DNA of 64,000 nucleotides from Octopus vulgaris (Eukaryota): NCBI GenBank assembly GCA_951406725.2, contig OX597831.1, positions 15,438,001 to 15,502,000 of the forward strand, read 5' to 3'. Shown piece by piece: positions 50,381 to 64,000 of this stretch (position 1 is its first letter; each line of letters starts with the position of its first letter). The notes under the pieces were generated by a model. It saw only the letters and a program-made list of their open reading frames with translations, ran no database searches and was not told where the DNA came from. The position numbers and the translations under genes were made by a program.

Positions 50381-51406
50381 GTTTCTATCTATCTATCCAT
50401 CTATCTATCTATCTATTCTATCTATCTATCTATCCATATCAATCTATCTTTCTATCTATCTATGTACCTATTTTCTAGTATCTCTGTATATGCCGCTCAG
50501 GACATCAACATCCGCTGCTGTCTTTATGCACATACATAAGCACATGTGAATATATATAAATTCATTAATTTACTTTGACACTCAAATAATCCTAGCTGCT
50601 TCAGTGCGTCGCTATCGTCGACTACGAAGGACTTTGATAATTTGAGATGAGTGCAGTGCTAAATTCTTAGGTATTTCAATGCTTAATACACCAAACTTCT
50701 CTCGGATACGAACTCTGCATCACTATTATAGCTTTGGGAGCACAAAACATGATGCCTCGTCTTCCCAATGCTCTTCTTTGTATACCTAGAATTTGTTTTC
50801 GGAATCATTGACTGGATTGGTTCCATGAACATCGACTGTAGTTACGGTCTGAAACACATATTACACGTATTGATCTTTACATAGTCATTTGCCCCCAAAA
50901 TAGGGAAATTTGAGAATAGAGCGAGATGGACGATGTGATAGCAGATTACATACCGAAAGCACAAGTCCTGTACTGGATGTTTCGCAAGTTTTACAGACGA
51001 CAGGTGGAACATTTCAATTTCTGAGTGGTATACAAGAAATACAAAAAGACCACTCGGCAACATACACGATGATGAGAAGACGACATAGTCAAACGATTTG
51101 GCCCAAGATGGGAAAGAAGGAGGATAAATCAAGAATCAATTAGAAGTGCATATTGATTAACGGTCGATAACAAAAGTCGATAGTCTGATTGGATCGTTGA
51201 TATATGATGTACGTTCTTTCAATTGTTTCAGCCATGTGACTGCGGCCATGCTGGAGCAAGACTTTTAATCGAGCAAATCGATGACAAGACTTATATTTTG
51301 TAAGCCTAGTACTTATTTTATCGGCCTCTTTAGCCGAACCGCTAATTCTAATGGGACGTAAACACACCAGCGTCGTTTATCAAGCGGCGTTGGAGAAATA
51401 AACAAG

Positions 51407-51451
<45 letters not shown>

Positions 51452-51555
51452 TTATTCCCATGAAAACGTCTGTCAAATAGAAGCATAATAGACCGGATAT
51501 TGTTTGTAACAGAGGGGCAAAGGTATGTGTCTTCATAATATATAGCTACCCTGCA

Positions 51556-51586
<31 letters not shown>

Positions 51587-51640
51587 CTGTGTATATGTGT
51601 AGGTATGTGTGTGTGCAATGCATATGTGTATATATGTATA

Positions 51641-51709
<69 letters not shown>

Positions 51710-51715
51710 TATATT

Positions 51716-51779
<64 letters not shown>

Positions 51780-52496
51780 TGTATATATACATATATGTAT
51801 ATGTCTGCTTCCCGATAACGCTTAGCTAGTTCTGTGTCGGTTCGTGTTCAATATTAAAATAGGCTTTGTGTATCAGTCATCGTATAAGTTGTGATGTGGC
51901 AAAATTACATTTACAGCAACAAAAAAAAGCTATTTTCTGCTTTTATCTGAGGAAAAAAAACACGAAACTACGAAGACGAACGCTTTACAGGGAACCCTCA
52001 GCGCTAACATCGTTACGTACTTATTTCCTGCATTATATGGTCAAGGTTTTGGTTATAAAAATGGATATTTATCATCTTGGCCTGCAGAGAACTGTTAGAA
52101 CACCTCTCATTTCAGATCAATCAATCAATTAATACCTTATTAATTGCTCATTTTTGTGTTCTTTCACGTTGTTACTTACGAATAAAATAACTTGTTTCGA
52201 AGTTGAAGACGGAAAATTTCAATATATTTCTTCTCTTTTATATTCAGGAATCACTTTGACAGAGTTTTGCACTGATACGGCGAAGTCATATTGCCGAGAG
52301 GCGAACGATAAATATCCCTATGCCCGGACTGATGAGGAATACTGCAAGTAAGAAGGACATTATTTATGGTCTCCACTTCCTCTTCTCACACTTCCATCTC
52401 TTTTTCTACTTCCTCTTCTTTGTACTACTAAAATTACCACCACTGCTGCTGCTGTTGCTGCTGTTGCTGCTGCACCACCACCACCACTACTAATAT

Positions 52497-52550
<54 letters not shown>

Positions 52551-53210
52551 AACAATAGATTTATTGAAGTACACGACGCTATTCGATATTTGCCCGTATG
52601 TCTTTTTAGAAGTTACTTGTTGATATATAGTTGATCCTTTTTAATTAAAATGACGCTAATGATATTTAGGTGACGCTACCAGTAAAATAATCGGTAAATG
52701 TTCTTGATATTGTTGCATATTTGAATGAAATCTGAATTAGTATTTTTGATCATGAGCAGAATATTCTAGACAATAGTCATATTTTAGATAAACTTCATGT
52801 ATAACACGCAATATCTTTCTAATAAAGGAATAATTCCTGAAATGTTTTAAAGAATGAAATGCAATGTCGATCCCAGCGGAATTCAAACTCGGAACGTAGT
52901 GGCAAAAGAAACACCGCTAAGCATTTCGGACGGCTTTCTAATGATTCTGCCACATCGCCACCTGCATAACACACAAAACTGACACTGATATCATTTGATC
53001 CCACACCGTAGTCAATATATGTGTGTGTGTGTCGTTAATTAAGTACCAGCGACGTACTGAATTCTTTTAGTAATATGAATGAACCCACGCACATATGTAT
53101 AAATAATGAACGATATATAATATATATATTACGGAGATGTACATGCCCAGGACGAGAACGAGAGAAAAAATATTGAAGATTGGGAGAAACATTTTTGAAA
53201 CGTGAAAGAG

Positions 53211-53288
<78 letters not shown>

Positions 53289-53401
53289 GAGAGCGAGACT
53301 GATAGAAAACGGCGCGTGAGGGAAGGAGGGAGAGAAAAAGGTATTTATGGAAGGATGGGGGAAGAAACTATATGTACATAAGCTATATACATGCATACAT
53401 A

Positions 53402-53433
<32 letters not shown>

Positions 53434-53440
53434 ATATATA

Positions 53441-53486
<46 letters not shown>

Positions 53487-53643
53487 TATATATACATATA
53501 AGTATATATATATATATAAGAGAAGAAAATGGAATGGATATAGTAACAATGGAAGACCTAGCACGCTAATAGACGGGAGCGACTTTGGATTTAATTATCC
53601 CTTGGAGGAACTAATGTCCTCCAGCTTGTAACCTATATATATA

Positions 53644-53710
<67 letters not shown>

Positions 53711-53974
53711 GTAAAAACGGTGAGATAACAAAAGAATGAAATAGAACTCAACATTACGTAAATATAGGAAGTTATCCTTAAAATATTATTTGACAATTAT
53801 TCGGTAGTCAAGATAAATCTCTGAGTTTGTATAACGGTCTTTTTACATAACGTTTTTCAGATACCCAGATAACCGAAGAGATGGTGCTGTGGATTTACAC
53901 CTCGTTATCCGAAACTCAAAGTTTTTTCTTTGGCTACCGAGTAATTGTCACATATTCTTTTACATGTATTTATG

Positions 53975-54062
<88 letters not shown>

Positions 54063-54355
54063 CATGCTCATAAACACGCTCATAAACACAATCAAATACA
54101 CAGATACACACATGGTCAGAAATAGCAAAGCTATTCCGATATTATTTTGTTTTTCAGGCGTGTGAGAATGTGGGTCAAGTGTTTCGTTGGCGTATCCAAA
54201 TATTGTTCTCTTGTGTTCAAGACAGTGATAAAAGTGATGTGCATCGGTAAGTTTTATGCTATTTAATATTTCGTAAATCCTTGTCTTTGAAGATATAACA
54301 CTAAGTAAAATACGTTGTATAATTTCAATCACACTTCTTTCTCTTTACAGATTGA
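50076..54355 (+). CDS. Secreted 6-Cys peptide precursor, copy 5 (83 aa): [83 protein letters not shown]
   Basis: Exons 50076-50133 (in-frame 12-nt duplication, second ATG at 50088), 52248-52347, 54158-54246 and 54351-54355. Canonical splice sites and intact frame. Confidence 0.87.
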
Positions 54356-54843
54356 AATCATCTATTTTGTACCCACTTCGATGATCGGTTTCCAATCAAT
54401 AAATAGGAATATAGATTTGACACCGAAAAAATTTGAAAAGGAGAAAAAAGGTTTATGTAAATAAATGTATTTATGAGCATCGTATCGTTTGGTTGTTTTT
54501 TCGGATTTGTAGATCATTGACTGAAGGATCTATAAGCAAAACCAGATGATAAACAAGCTGTACTACACAATAGAAGGTGCCTTTATTCTGCTCTTCCTAC
54601 ATGCAAGGAGATAGGCATACATCCATAAGGACAGGTGCCACTCGGCTCGTTCCTGTTTTCGTAATCAATTGTTCGGTGGGGAGAGGAATGGCTGTTGTGG
54701 CCGATGAAGGACTACTACTACTACAGCGACCATCCTGCCACCACTTCTACTACTACTATTACTGCAGCTGCTGCTACTATCACTAATACTATTAATGTTT
54801 TTGTTGCTACTACTACTACAGTTGCTTCTGCTGCTGCTGCTGG

Positions 54844-54905
<62 letters not shown>

Positions 54906-54962
54906 ATGTTGCTGGTGCTGCTACTGCTACTATTACTACTACTCTTACTACTACTACTACTT

Positions 54963-55011
<49 letters not shown>

Positions 55012-56157
55012 AGCTGCTGTTGCTTCTACTGCTGCTGCTGTTGCTACCATTGTTGTTGATGAGGTTCCGAACTGACAGAATTGTAAGCACACTGTTCAAA
55101 ATGGTTGACAGCATTTTGTAACGTTTTACGCTCTGAGTTCAACTTCTGACCAGGTCGACTTTGCCTTTCATCCTGTTCGCGTCGATAAAATAAGTACCAG
55201 CAGAACACTAGGGTCGATGGAATCGACTCAACCCCTCCCCCGAAATAGCTGGCCTTCACCCAAAAATTGTAGCCTGTATTATTATTATTATTATTATTAT
55301 TATTGATACTAGTAAGACAAATGGTATTGCATAGTATTTTCGTTGACAGGAATGTAATCTTGAAGTGTGTTGCCACGTGTACTCTTATATCAAGAATCTT
55401 TCTCTGAATCATTCGTTTTCTTCTTCTTCTTCCTCTTGTTCTTGTTCTTGTTCTTGTTCTTCTTGTTCTTCTTCTTCTTCTTCTTCTTCTTCTTCTTCTT
55501 CTTCTTCTCCTTCTCCTTCATCATCCTCTTCTTTCTCTTCTTCTTTCTTTTTGTCCTTCTCCTCTTTTTCTTCTTCTTCTCACCCCACCATATTTAGCTT
55601 TTATTATCATTGAGTCTAGAAATTGTAGAAAGCAATGTATTAACGGCATTGTTAACACCAAGAATATTTCATTTAAATAATCGTTTTGTCTACGTTGCTG
55701 GATATTCAATGCATATTAACAACGTAATATATATAACAAAAGCGATATAAAACTTCATTTTGTCGGTGGCAACACGAATCCATTTACAATTTCCTCGAAG
55801 AAATGTTGGTAGTTTCATGTGTAGCTTTTAAAAGTATCAGAATAAAAAATAAATTTCCATTGAAACAAACTTATTATAATGCGGCCATATTCCCGCATTG
55901 TAACGTTGCAGTTAATGTAGATTAAAATAGATTTCTTTGTCGGTTCAGTTCCATATATGCAGCATAATTATTAGAACATCCAAGAGATACCGATAAGTGG
56001 TATTATATATGTCTTCAGATTATAATTTACAACGTCACATACTACAAATGTCATTCGTCTTTGTAGTTCAAAACATCTGTTACACCAGAATCCATCTTAC
56101 GATTTCAAATAATAATTTAATTGGTTACAACAACACTAAACGTTTAGTTCAAGAAAA

Positions 56158-56399
56158 ATGCCCAGGAAAAGTTGTTCCTTATTTATATCATTTCTCGTTT
56201 TCGGTAAGATACTTTGTGCTTTTATGCACTTGCCTGTTCTAAGATACCCGTGTTTGAGGAAGGAATATTTTCTATTCTAGCTATCCATCTATCTGTTCAT
56301 CTGTCTGAATATCTGCCAGTGTGTTAGTAACTAATCTCTCTGTTTCTCTACCAAACCACCTAATATGTATGTACGTATGTATGTATGCATCTATCTATC

Positions 56400-56479
<80 letters not shown>

Positions 56480-57696
56480 ATCTATCTATCTATCTATCTA
56501 TCTAACTAACTATCTACCTATCTATCTATCTATCTATCTATCTATCCTATCTATCTATCTATCTATCTATCTATCCATCGATCAATCTATCTTTCTATCT
56601 ATCTAGCTGCCTACACCTATTTTCTAGTATCTCCGTATATGCCGCTCAGGACATCAACATCCGCTGCTGTCTTTATGCACATACATAAGCACATGTGAAT
56701 ATATATAACTTCATTAATTTACTTTGACACTCAAATAATCCTAGCTGCTCCAGTGCGTCGCTATCGTCGACTACGAAGGACTTTGATAACTTTGAGATGA
56801 GTGCAGTGCTAAATTCTTAGGTATTTCAATGATTAATACAACAAACTTCTCACGGATACGAACTCTGCATCACTATTATAGCTTTGGGAGCCCAAACCAT
56901 GATGTCCATTCTTCCCAATGCTCTCCTTTGTATACCTAGAATTTGTTTTCGGAATCATTGACTGGATTAGTACCATGAACATCGACTGTAGTTATGGTCT
57001 GAAACGCATATTACACATATTGATATTGACATAGTCATCTGCCCCCAAAATAGGGAAATTTGAGAATAGAGCGAGATGGACGATGTGATAGCAGATTACA
57101 TACCGAAAGCACAAGTCCTGTACTGGATGTTTCGCAAGTTTTACAGACGACAGGTGGGACATTTCAATTGCTGAGTGGTATACAAGAAATACAAAAAGAC
57201 CACTCGGCAACATACACGATGATGAGAAGACGACATAGTCAAACGATTTGGCCCAAGATTGGAAAGAAGGAGGATAAATCAAGAATCAATTAGAAGTGCA
57301 TATTGATTAACGGTCGATAACAAAAGTCGATAGTCTGATTGGATCCTTGATATATGATGTACATTTTTTTAATTGTTTCAGCCATTTCACTGCGGCCATG
57401 CTGGAGCACGACTTTTAATCGAGCAAATCGATGACAAGACTTATACTTTGTAAGCCTAGTACTTATTGTATCGGCCTCTTTAGCCGAACCGCTAATGCTA
57501 CGGGGTCGTAAACACACCAGCGTCGTTTATCAAGCGGCGTTGGAGGAATAAACACGCTCACACACACACACATACACACACGCACACACACACATATTCC
57601 CATGAAAACGTCTGTCAAATAGAAGCATAATAGACCGGATATTGTTTGTAACAGAGGGGCAAAGGTATGTGTCTTCCTAATGTATAGCTACCCTGC

Positions 57697-57732
<36 letters not shown>

Positions 57733-57776
57733 GTGTCTATGTGTAGAGGTATGTGTGTGTGCAATGTATATGTGTA

Positions 57777-57845
<69 letters not shown>

Positions 57846-57992
57846 ATATTGGCAGGGCTGGCCTGCTAGGTAGCAGGCCAGCCCTGCCAATATACACATA
57901 TATTTGAATTTTCTCTAACTCCTCAGATTTTTTGAATGCTGTACTACTGGTTTTAAATTGATATTAAAATTAATATTAATTTGTCTCCCTCA

Positions 57993-58045
<53 letters not shown>

Positions 58046-58069
58046 TATATTCATACATACACACACACC

Positions 58070-58153
<84 letters not shown>

Positions 58154-58162
58154 TATATTCAT

Positions 58163-58227
<65 letters not shown>

Positions 58228-58815
58228 ATATATATATGTATATGTCTGCTTCCCGATAACCCTTAGCTAGTTCTGTGTCGGTTCGTGTTCAATATTAAAA
58301 TAGGCTTTGTGTATCAGTCATCGTATAATTTGTGATGTGGCAAAATTACATTTACAGCAACAAAAAAAAGCTATTTTCTGCTTTTATCTGAGGAAAAAAA
58401 AAAACACGAAACTACGAAGACGATCGCTTTACAGGGAACCCTCAGCGCTAACATCGTTACGTACTTATTTCCTGCATTATATGGTCAAGGTTTTGGTTAT
58501 AAAAATGGATATTTATGATCATGGCCTGCAGAGAACTGTTAGAACTCCTCTCATTTCAGATCAATCGTATCCCCAAAAGCGTTTACCTTATCTACGAATG
58601 AATACCTTTCTAATTGATCATTTTTGTTCTTTCGCTTTGTTAATTACGAGTAAAATAACTTGTTTCGAAGTTGAAGACTGAAAATTTCAATATATTTCTT
58701 CTCTTTTATATTCAGGAATTGCTTTGACAGAGTTTTGCACTGATACGGCGAAGTCATATTGCAGAAAGGCGAACAAAATGTATCCCTCTACCGAGACTGA
58801 TGAGGACTACTGCAA
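56158..58815 (+). CDS. 6-Cys peptide gene copy 6, partial (exons 1-2): [48 protein letters not shown]...
   Basis: Exons 56158-56203 and 58716-58815 have intact splice sites. Intron 2 homology continues to ~62550, interrupted by Helitron-like and CR1 insertions and followed by a Penelope remnant. Exons 3-4 are not inside the window. Confidence 0.75.
57841..57898. repeat. Perfect 28-bp-arm palindrome (hairpin) unique to intron 1 of copy 6
   Basis: tgtgtatattggcagggctggcctgcta-gg-tagcaggccagccctgccaatatacaca. Confidence 0.9.
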
Positions 58816-59727
58816 GTAAGAAGCTCATTTTTTCGTGGTCTCCGCTTCCTCCTCTCACACTTCTATACCTATTTCTTCTTCCTTTTCTTCGTACTACTAC
58901 AAATACTACTACTACTACAACTACTACTACTATAACTACTAATACTACTACTACTACAACAATAGATTTATTGAATTTCACGTCGCTATTCGATATTTGC
59001 CCGGATGTCTTTTTAGAAGTTACTTGTTGATATATAGTTGATCCTTATTAATTAAAATGACGCTAATGATATTTAGGTGACGCTACCACTAAAATCAATC
59101 GGTAAATGTTCTTGATATTGTTGCTTATCTGAATGAAATCTGAATTAGTATTTTTGATCATGAGCAGAACATTCTAGACAATAGTCATATTTTAGATAAA
59201 CTTCATGTATAACAGGCAAAACTTTTCTAATAAAGGAAAAATTCCTGAAATGTTTTAAAGGATGAAATGCAATGTCGACCCCAGTGGAATTCAAACTCGG
59301 AACGTAGTGGCAGAAGAAACACCGCTAAGCATTTCGGACGGCTTTCTAATGATTCTGCCACATCGCCGCCTGCATAACACACAAAACTGACACTGATATC
59401 ATTTGATCCCACACCGTAGTCAATATATGTGTGTGTGTGTGTCGTAAATTAAGTACCAGCTACGTACTGAATTCTTTTAGTAATATGAATGGACACACGC
59501 ATGAACCCACGCACATATGTATAAATAATGAACGACATATAATATATTTTACGGAGATGTACATGCGCAGGACGAGAACGAGAGAAAAAGGTATTTATGG
59601 AAGGATGGGGGAAGACACTATATGTACATAAGGTTATACATGCCTACATAGATATATATATATATATACAAGTATATATATATATATATATATATATACA
59701 AGTATATATATATATATATATATATAT

Positions 59728-60101
59728 AAACGGCAGTTTATCTGTGTGTGTTTCTGTGTGGCTGTCAGGTTGTACCCTCACCCTGACCACGGCTTTCAAC
59801 CGATTCAGATGAAACTTGACACACACATTGCCCAATGTCATAATTCAAAACTAACGCAGCGGAAATTTTGAAAAGTTCCCCCAGTTCTGAAAAAAATCGA
59901 TAAATTCGACATGGGGTCGAGAATCAGAAATACAATCCACAGACTGTCTAGGGGACGCAACTCGACCTTTTTTAACTCTCCAAAAAAAAATTTCCATCAT
60001 TTTTTTTCCATTTTTGTGCTATTTTTTGTCTATAACTCTCTAAAAATGCTTTATAGTTATTTCCCTTACAAACCTGAGCAACGCCAGGCGATACTGCTTG
60101 T
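59728..60101 (+). mobile_element. Non-autonomous Helitron-like element inserted in a (TA)n tract of copy 6 intron 2
   Basis: Absent from the other units. 5' ctgtgtgt microsatellite then aaccgatt..gatgaaactt. 3' sub-terminal cctgagcaacgccagg followed by ctgcttgt, a degenerate CTAGT-type end. Confidence 0.55.
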
Positions 60102-60235
60102 ATATATATATAACAGAAGAAAATGGAATGGATATAGTAACAATGGGAGACCTAGCACGCTAATAGACGGGAGCGACTTTGGATTTAATTATCCCTTGGA
60201 GGAACTAATGTCCTCTAGCTTGATACCTATATATA

Positions 60236-61721
60236 TATCGCCCAATCTCACTCACCTCCCACATCATTAAAGTGTTTGAAAGAGTGTTAAGATCAAGGAT
60301 AGCTGACTTCCTGGAGACCCACAAACTCCTAAATTCAAATCAGCATGGCTTTCGCTGTGGCAGGGACTGTCTAACACAGCTCTTACACCACATTGAAGAT
60401 GTACTCAAAGCCTTGGGAACAGGTTCGAACTCTGACGTCATATATCTTGACTTCAGTAAAGCTTTCGACAGGGTAGACCATAACATCCTACTCTCAAAAT
60501 TGGCAAATGTTGGAATTCGTGGAAAAGTTCTACACTGGATTCAGTATTTCCTGGCGAATAGAACACAACATGTTGCAGTTGATGGAGTCCACTCAAACCC
60601 AGCAAAATTCACCAGCGGTGTTCCCCAGGGAACTGTTTTGGGTTCGCTACTCTTCATATTTTTCGTAAACGACATTTTCAGTGTCGTACATCACAGCAAA
60701 GTGAAAATATTCGCTAATGACACTAAGCTCCAGCAAATCGTCAATGAAGAAGCAAACCGAATTCAAGTCCAGTCTGATCTATATGCTGTGAGTCAATGGG
60801 CAGACAGAAACAAATTGCAACTGAATGAGGGAAAATTTGAGCTGATGCACTTTGGAAGAAATTCCTCACTAAAACAACCATACTCTCTTCCTTCTGGGGA
60901 ACCGCTCACAGCCTCTAACAATATCAGAGACCTGGATGTAATTGTTGATGACGATCTCAGTTGGAGTGCACACATCAACAAGAAGGTCGATATAGCTCGT
61001 AGGATGAGTTCCTGGATCTTAAGAACTTTCCGGTCCAGAGAACAAGGTGTCATCATACCACTTTTTTCCTCCTTTGTACAGCCACACCTTGAATACTGCT
61101 GCCCACTGTGGTCTCCTCACACAAGACAAAACATCTCCAGAATTGAGTCACCCCAGAGGGCTCTCACTAAACAAATTGAAGGCATGGCTGCTCTCGATTA
61201 CTGGGATCACCTTAAAGCCTTGAAACTTTACTCCCTCCAGCGTCGCCGTGAGCGGTACATCATTTGTACAACGTGGAAAATATACCGCCAACTTTGCCCA
61301 AACGACCTAAACATTAGCTTCAAGTTTCATCCAAGACTTGGACCACGGGCAATACGTCCCCTGCCAAATTCAAGATCACAACATACATGTACACTGCAAC
61401 ATAATTTCTTTTCCTCAACAGGCCCTGCCCTATTTAACATTGTCCCGAGGGAGATCAAAGAGGAACAGGATCCCATCAACTTCAAACAGAGTCTGGATAG
61501 ATTTCTTCAAAGAATACCAGACAAGCCACCCATAATTGGATACATCTCACCCAACAAGAACTTACTACTTGAACAAAACTGGATACAACTCACCCAACAA
61601 GAACTCACTACTTGAACAAAACTTGACTTAAGCAGGATTCGAATAATCCTATCAGGTGGTGCTATTAAGTTAGACATGGCCTGGACCAATCTCTGGTCGA
61701 AACATATCTAAGTTTTATCTA

Positions 61722-61727
<6 letters not shown>
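60236..61727 (+). mobile_element. 5'-truncated CR1-type LINE with reverse transcriptase ORF (60272-61615)
   Basis: YRPISLTS, QHGFR, YLDFSKAFDRVDH, SGVPQGTVLG, FANDTK (catalytic ADD mutated to AND) and PHLEYCCPLWSPH motifs. 3' tail of tatctaagttt repeats runs into (TA)n. Confidence 0.92.
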
Positions 61728-61799
<72 letters not shown>

Positions 61800-61924
61800 A
61801 GAGAAGAAAATGGAATGGATATAGTAACAATGGAAGACCTAGCACGCTAATAGACGGGAGCGACTTTGGATTTAATTATCCCTTGGAGGAACTAATGTCC
61901 TCCAGCTTGTAACCTATATATATA

Positions 61925-61970
<46 letters not shown>

Positions 61971-62258
61971 TAAAAACGGTGAGATAACAAAGGAATGAAA
62001 TATAACTCAACATTACGTAAATATAGGAATTTATCCGTAAAATATTATTTGACAATTATTCGGTGGCCAGGATAAATCTCTGAGTTTGTATTACGGTCTT
62101 TTTTCATAACGTTTTTCAGATACCCAGATAACCGATGAGATGGTGCTGTGGACTTCCATCTCGGTGTCCGAAACACAGAGTTTTATCTTGGCTACCGAGT
62201 AATTGTCACATATTACTTTACATGTATATTACTTTACACATAATACTTTACATATTAC

Positions 62259-62357
<99 letters not shown>

Positions 62358-62560
62358 GTATATATACATGTATGTATACATGTATATATACCTTTTCTTA
62401 AAGTTGCAAGAGCATGACTGAATTATCACGAAAGTACTTGGTTTAACGTTTCCACCAGTATTCATTTACTTTGGTCCTCCACGTTGTATGACGTTTATGT
62501 GCTTACTGGGATATTCATCTAACGATCAATCTATGTATCTCTTTGACTATATATATATAT

Positions 62561-62634
<74 letters not shown>

Positions 62635-62635
<1 letters not shown>

Positions 62636-63860
62636 AAATAGGTGAATGAATTATCCTAGCATGGATAATTCGTTTAACCGATACCTGGGTAGCAAATTCA
62701 CGTCAGAAAACACTGTTGAAGCGACCCGTCAAGGGTAGAAACTCCGGGTATTAGTGTCGAAATTTGTGTGTTTTTTTAATGAATAAATGAAAGAATGGAG
62801 TCGAACGAAGCTTTTAACAAAATTCATTTACTCTCGGCACATATTTGTAATACCGTTTTCCGAACGGTATTACAAACCAGATATAGTTTTTTATGAACTT
62901 TGAATTGTTCCTAGTGTTATTTGTGACAGTAAGGGGAAAATTTATTTTATGTACAGAGGTGCTGGCACTATTAGAACCCCTGTACATAAAATACATCCTG
63001 TACGGACTAGGGAAGGTAAACGCCTCCCAACTCCAAATTGTCCCCTTACAGTCACAAATAACACTAGGAACAACTCACAGTCCACAAAAAACTGTATCTG
63101 GTTTGTAATACCGTTCTGAAAACAAATCAAATCGAACCTTCCCTTACAGTTCCGTGAAGCCGTTGCAAGGAAATTTCTCAGTAATTCTAGATATCATTCT
63201 ATTATCAATTCACACAAGGTAAGAATAGCATTCTCTAACACTAGGAATGTTTCGGAAATTATTTCTTCCCATAATAACAAGCTGCTAAACAAAAATTCTT
63301 CACCCGGGAGTTCCAGCACAAATCTTACCAATTCCAACCCATCATACAATCATAATAATAGAAATAGTATTGCTAGTAACAGCATTCGTAGCAGCGTTAG
63401 TGTTAGCAATGATAATATTAATTAAAGTATTAGTCGGGTTAATAACAGCGGGAGTGTTGATGGTAACAACAACAACGGTACTATTGTAGGGGATATTGCT
63501 GGTTGTAGTACAATTAATAATAATAATAGTAATAGAAATAGTCTAGTTGTTAACGCTAGTAGTAATAAAAACAACAATAATAACAATAAAAACTGATAAG
63601 GACACAAAAAATTTCTAACATTTGTAATTCTGAACTCTTCTATATCCTTTTCACTAAGGTTCCCCTAGTAAACACACTCATACAAAAATCGTATAAATGT
63701 AAGCATTGGCAGAAAGACACTTTCCACTCATATAAATGATATAGATAACCACTGTAGTTTTAACAATTAGCTTCTCGACAACACCACTGCCATAGAAAAA
63801 TTCTTTCCTATGCCTTCGAACTTTCTTTCTGCTCCGTTTATTGTTCCATTGCTACTAAAT
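62635..63860 (+). mobile_element. Rearranged Penelope-like remnant with an internal inverted duplication
   Basis: From ~63093: CIWFVIPF*KQIKSNLPLQF...RYHSIINSHKVRIAFSNTRNVSEIISSHNNKLLN, matching the Penelope post-RT IWFNPPF...ISxHNxKLL region. ~62863-62940 is inverted at ~63035-63115. Confidence 0.6.
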
Positions 63861-63873
63861 ATCTTTGACGTAT

Positions 63874-63937
<64 letters not shown>

Positions 63938-64000
63938 CACACGCAATCAAACACACAGACACAAATTTTACACCTTACTACTAAGTATATTTGACGTTTG

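Overview
AT-rich, microsatellite-saturated animal genomic DNA. The tRNA-derived SINEs, Penelope, RTE and CR1 retroelements and the (TA)n/(CTA)n/(TATC)n load point to an octopus-like coleoid cephalopod (inference). Nearly all ORFs in the supplied track are microsatellite artefacts. The main signal is absent from the track as a whole gene: a + strand tandem family of six copies of a tiny 4-exon gene with coding exons of 46, 100, 89 and 5 nt and GT-AG introns of phase 1/2/1. It encodes a 79-aa precursor, made of a ~20-aa signal peptide and a ~59-aa mature peptide with six conserved cysteines (C-x7-C-x16-C-x8-C-x7-C-x11-C). Copy 1 (7476-23012) is inflated by transposons. Copies 2-6 sit in ~6.1-6.9 kb tandem units from ~30.5 kb onward. 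Four copies are intact, one is frameshifted, and one runs off the window or is disrupted by insertions. The inter-cysteine loops are variable and mosaic between copies. I do not recognise the peptide; toxin, antimicrobial or pheromone roles are only hypotheses. The window also holds Penelope remnants with hammerhead-ribozyme motifs, an ORF1-only LINE nested in a SINE head, a CR1-type RT, and Helitron-like and MITE-like elements.
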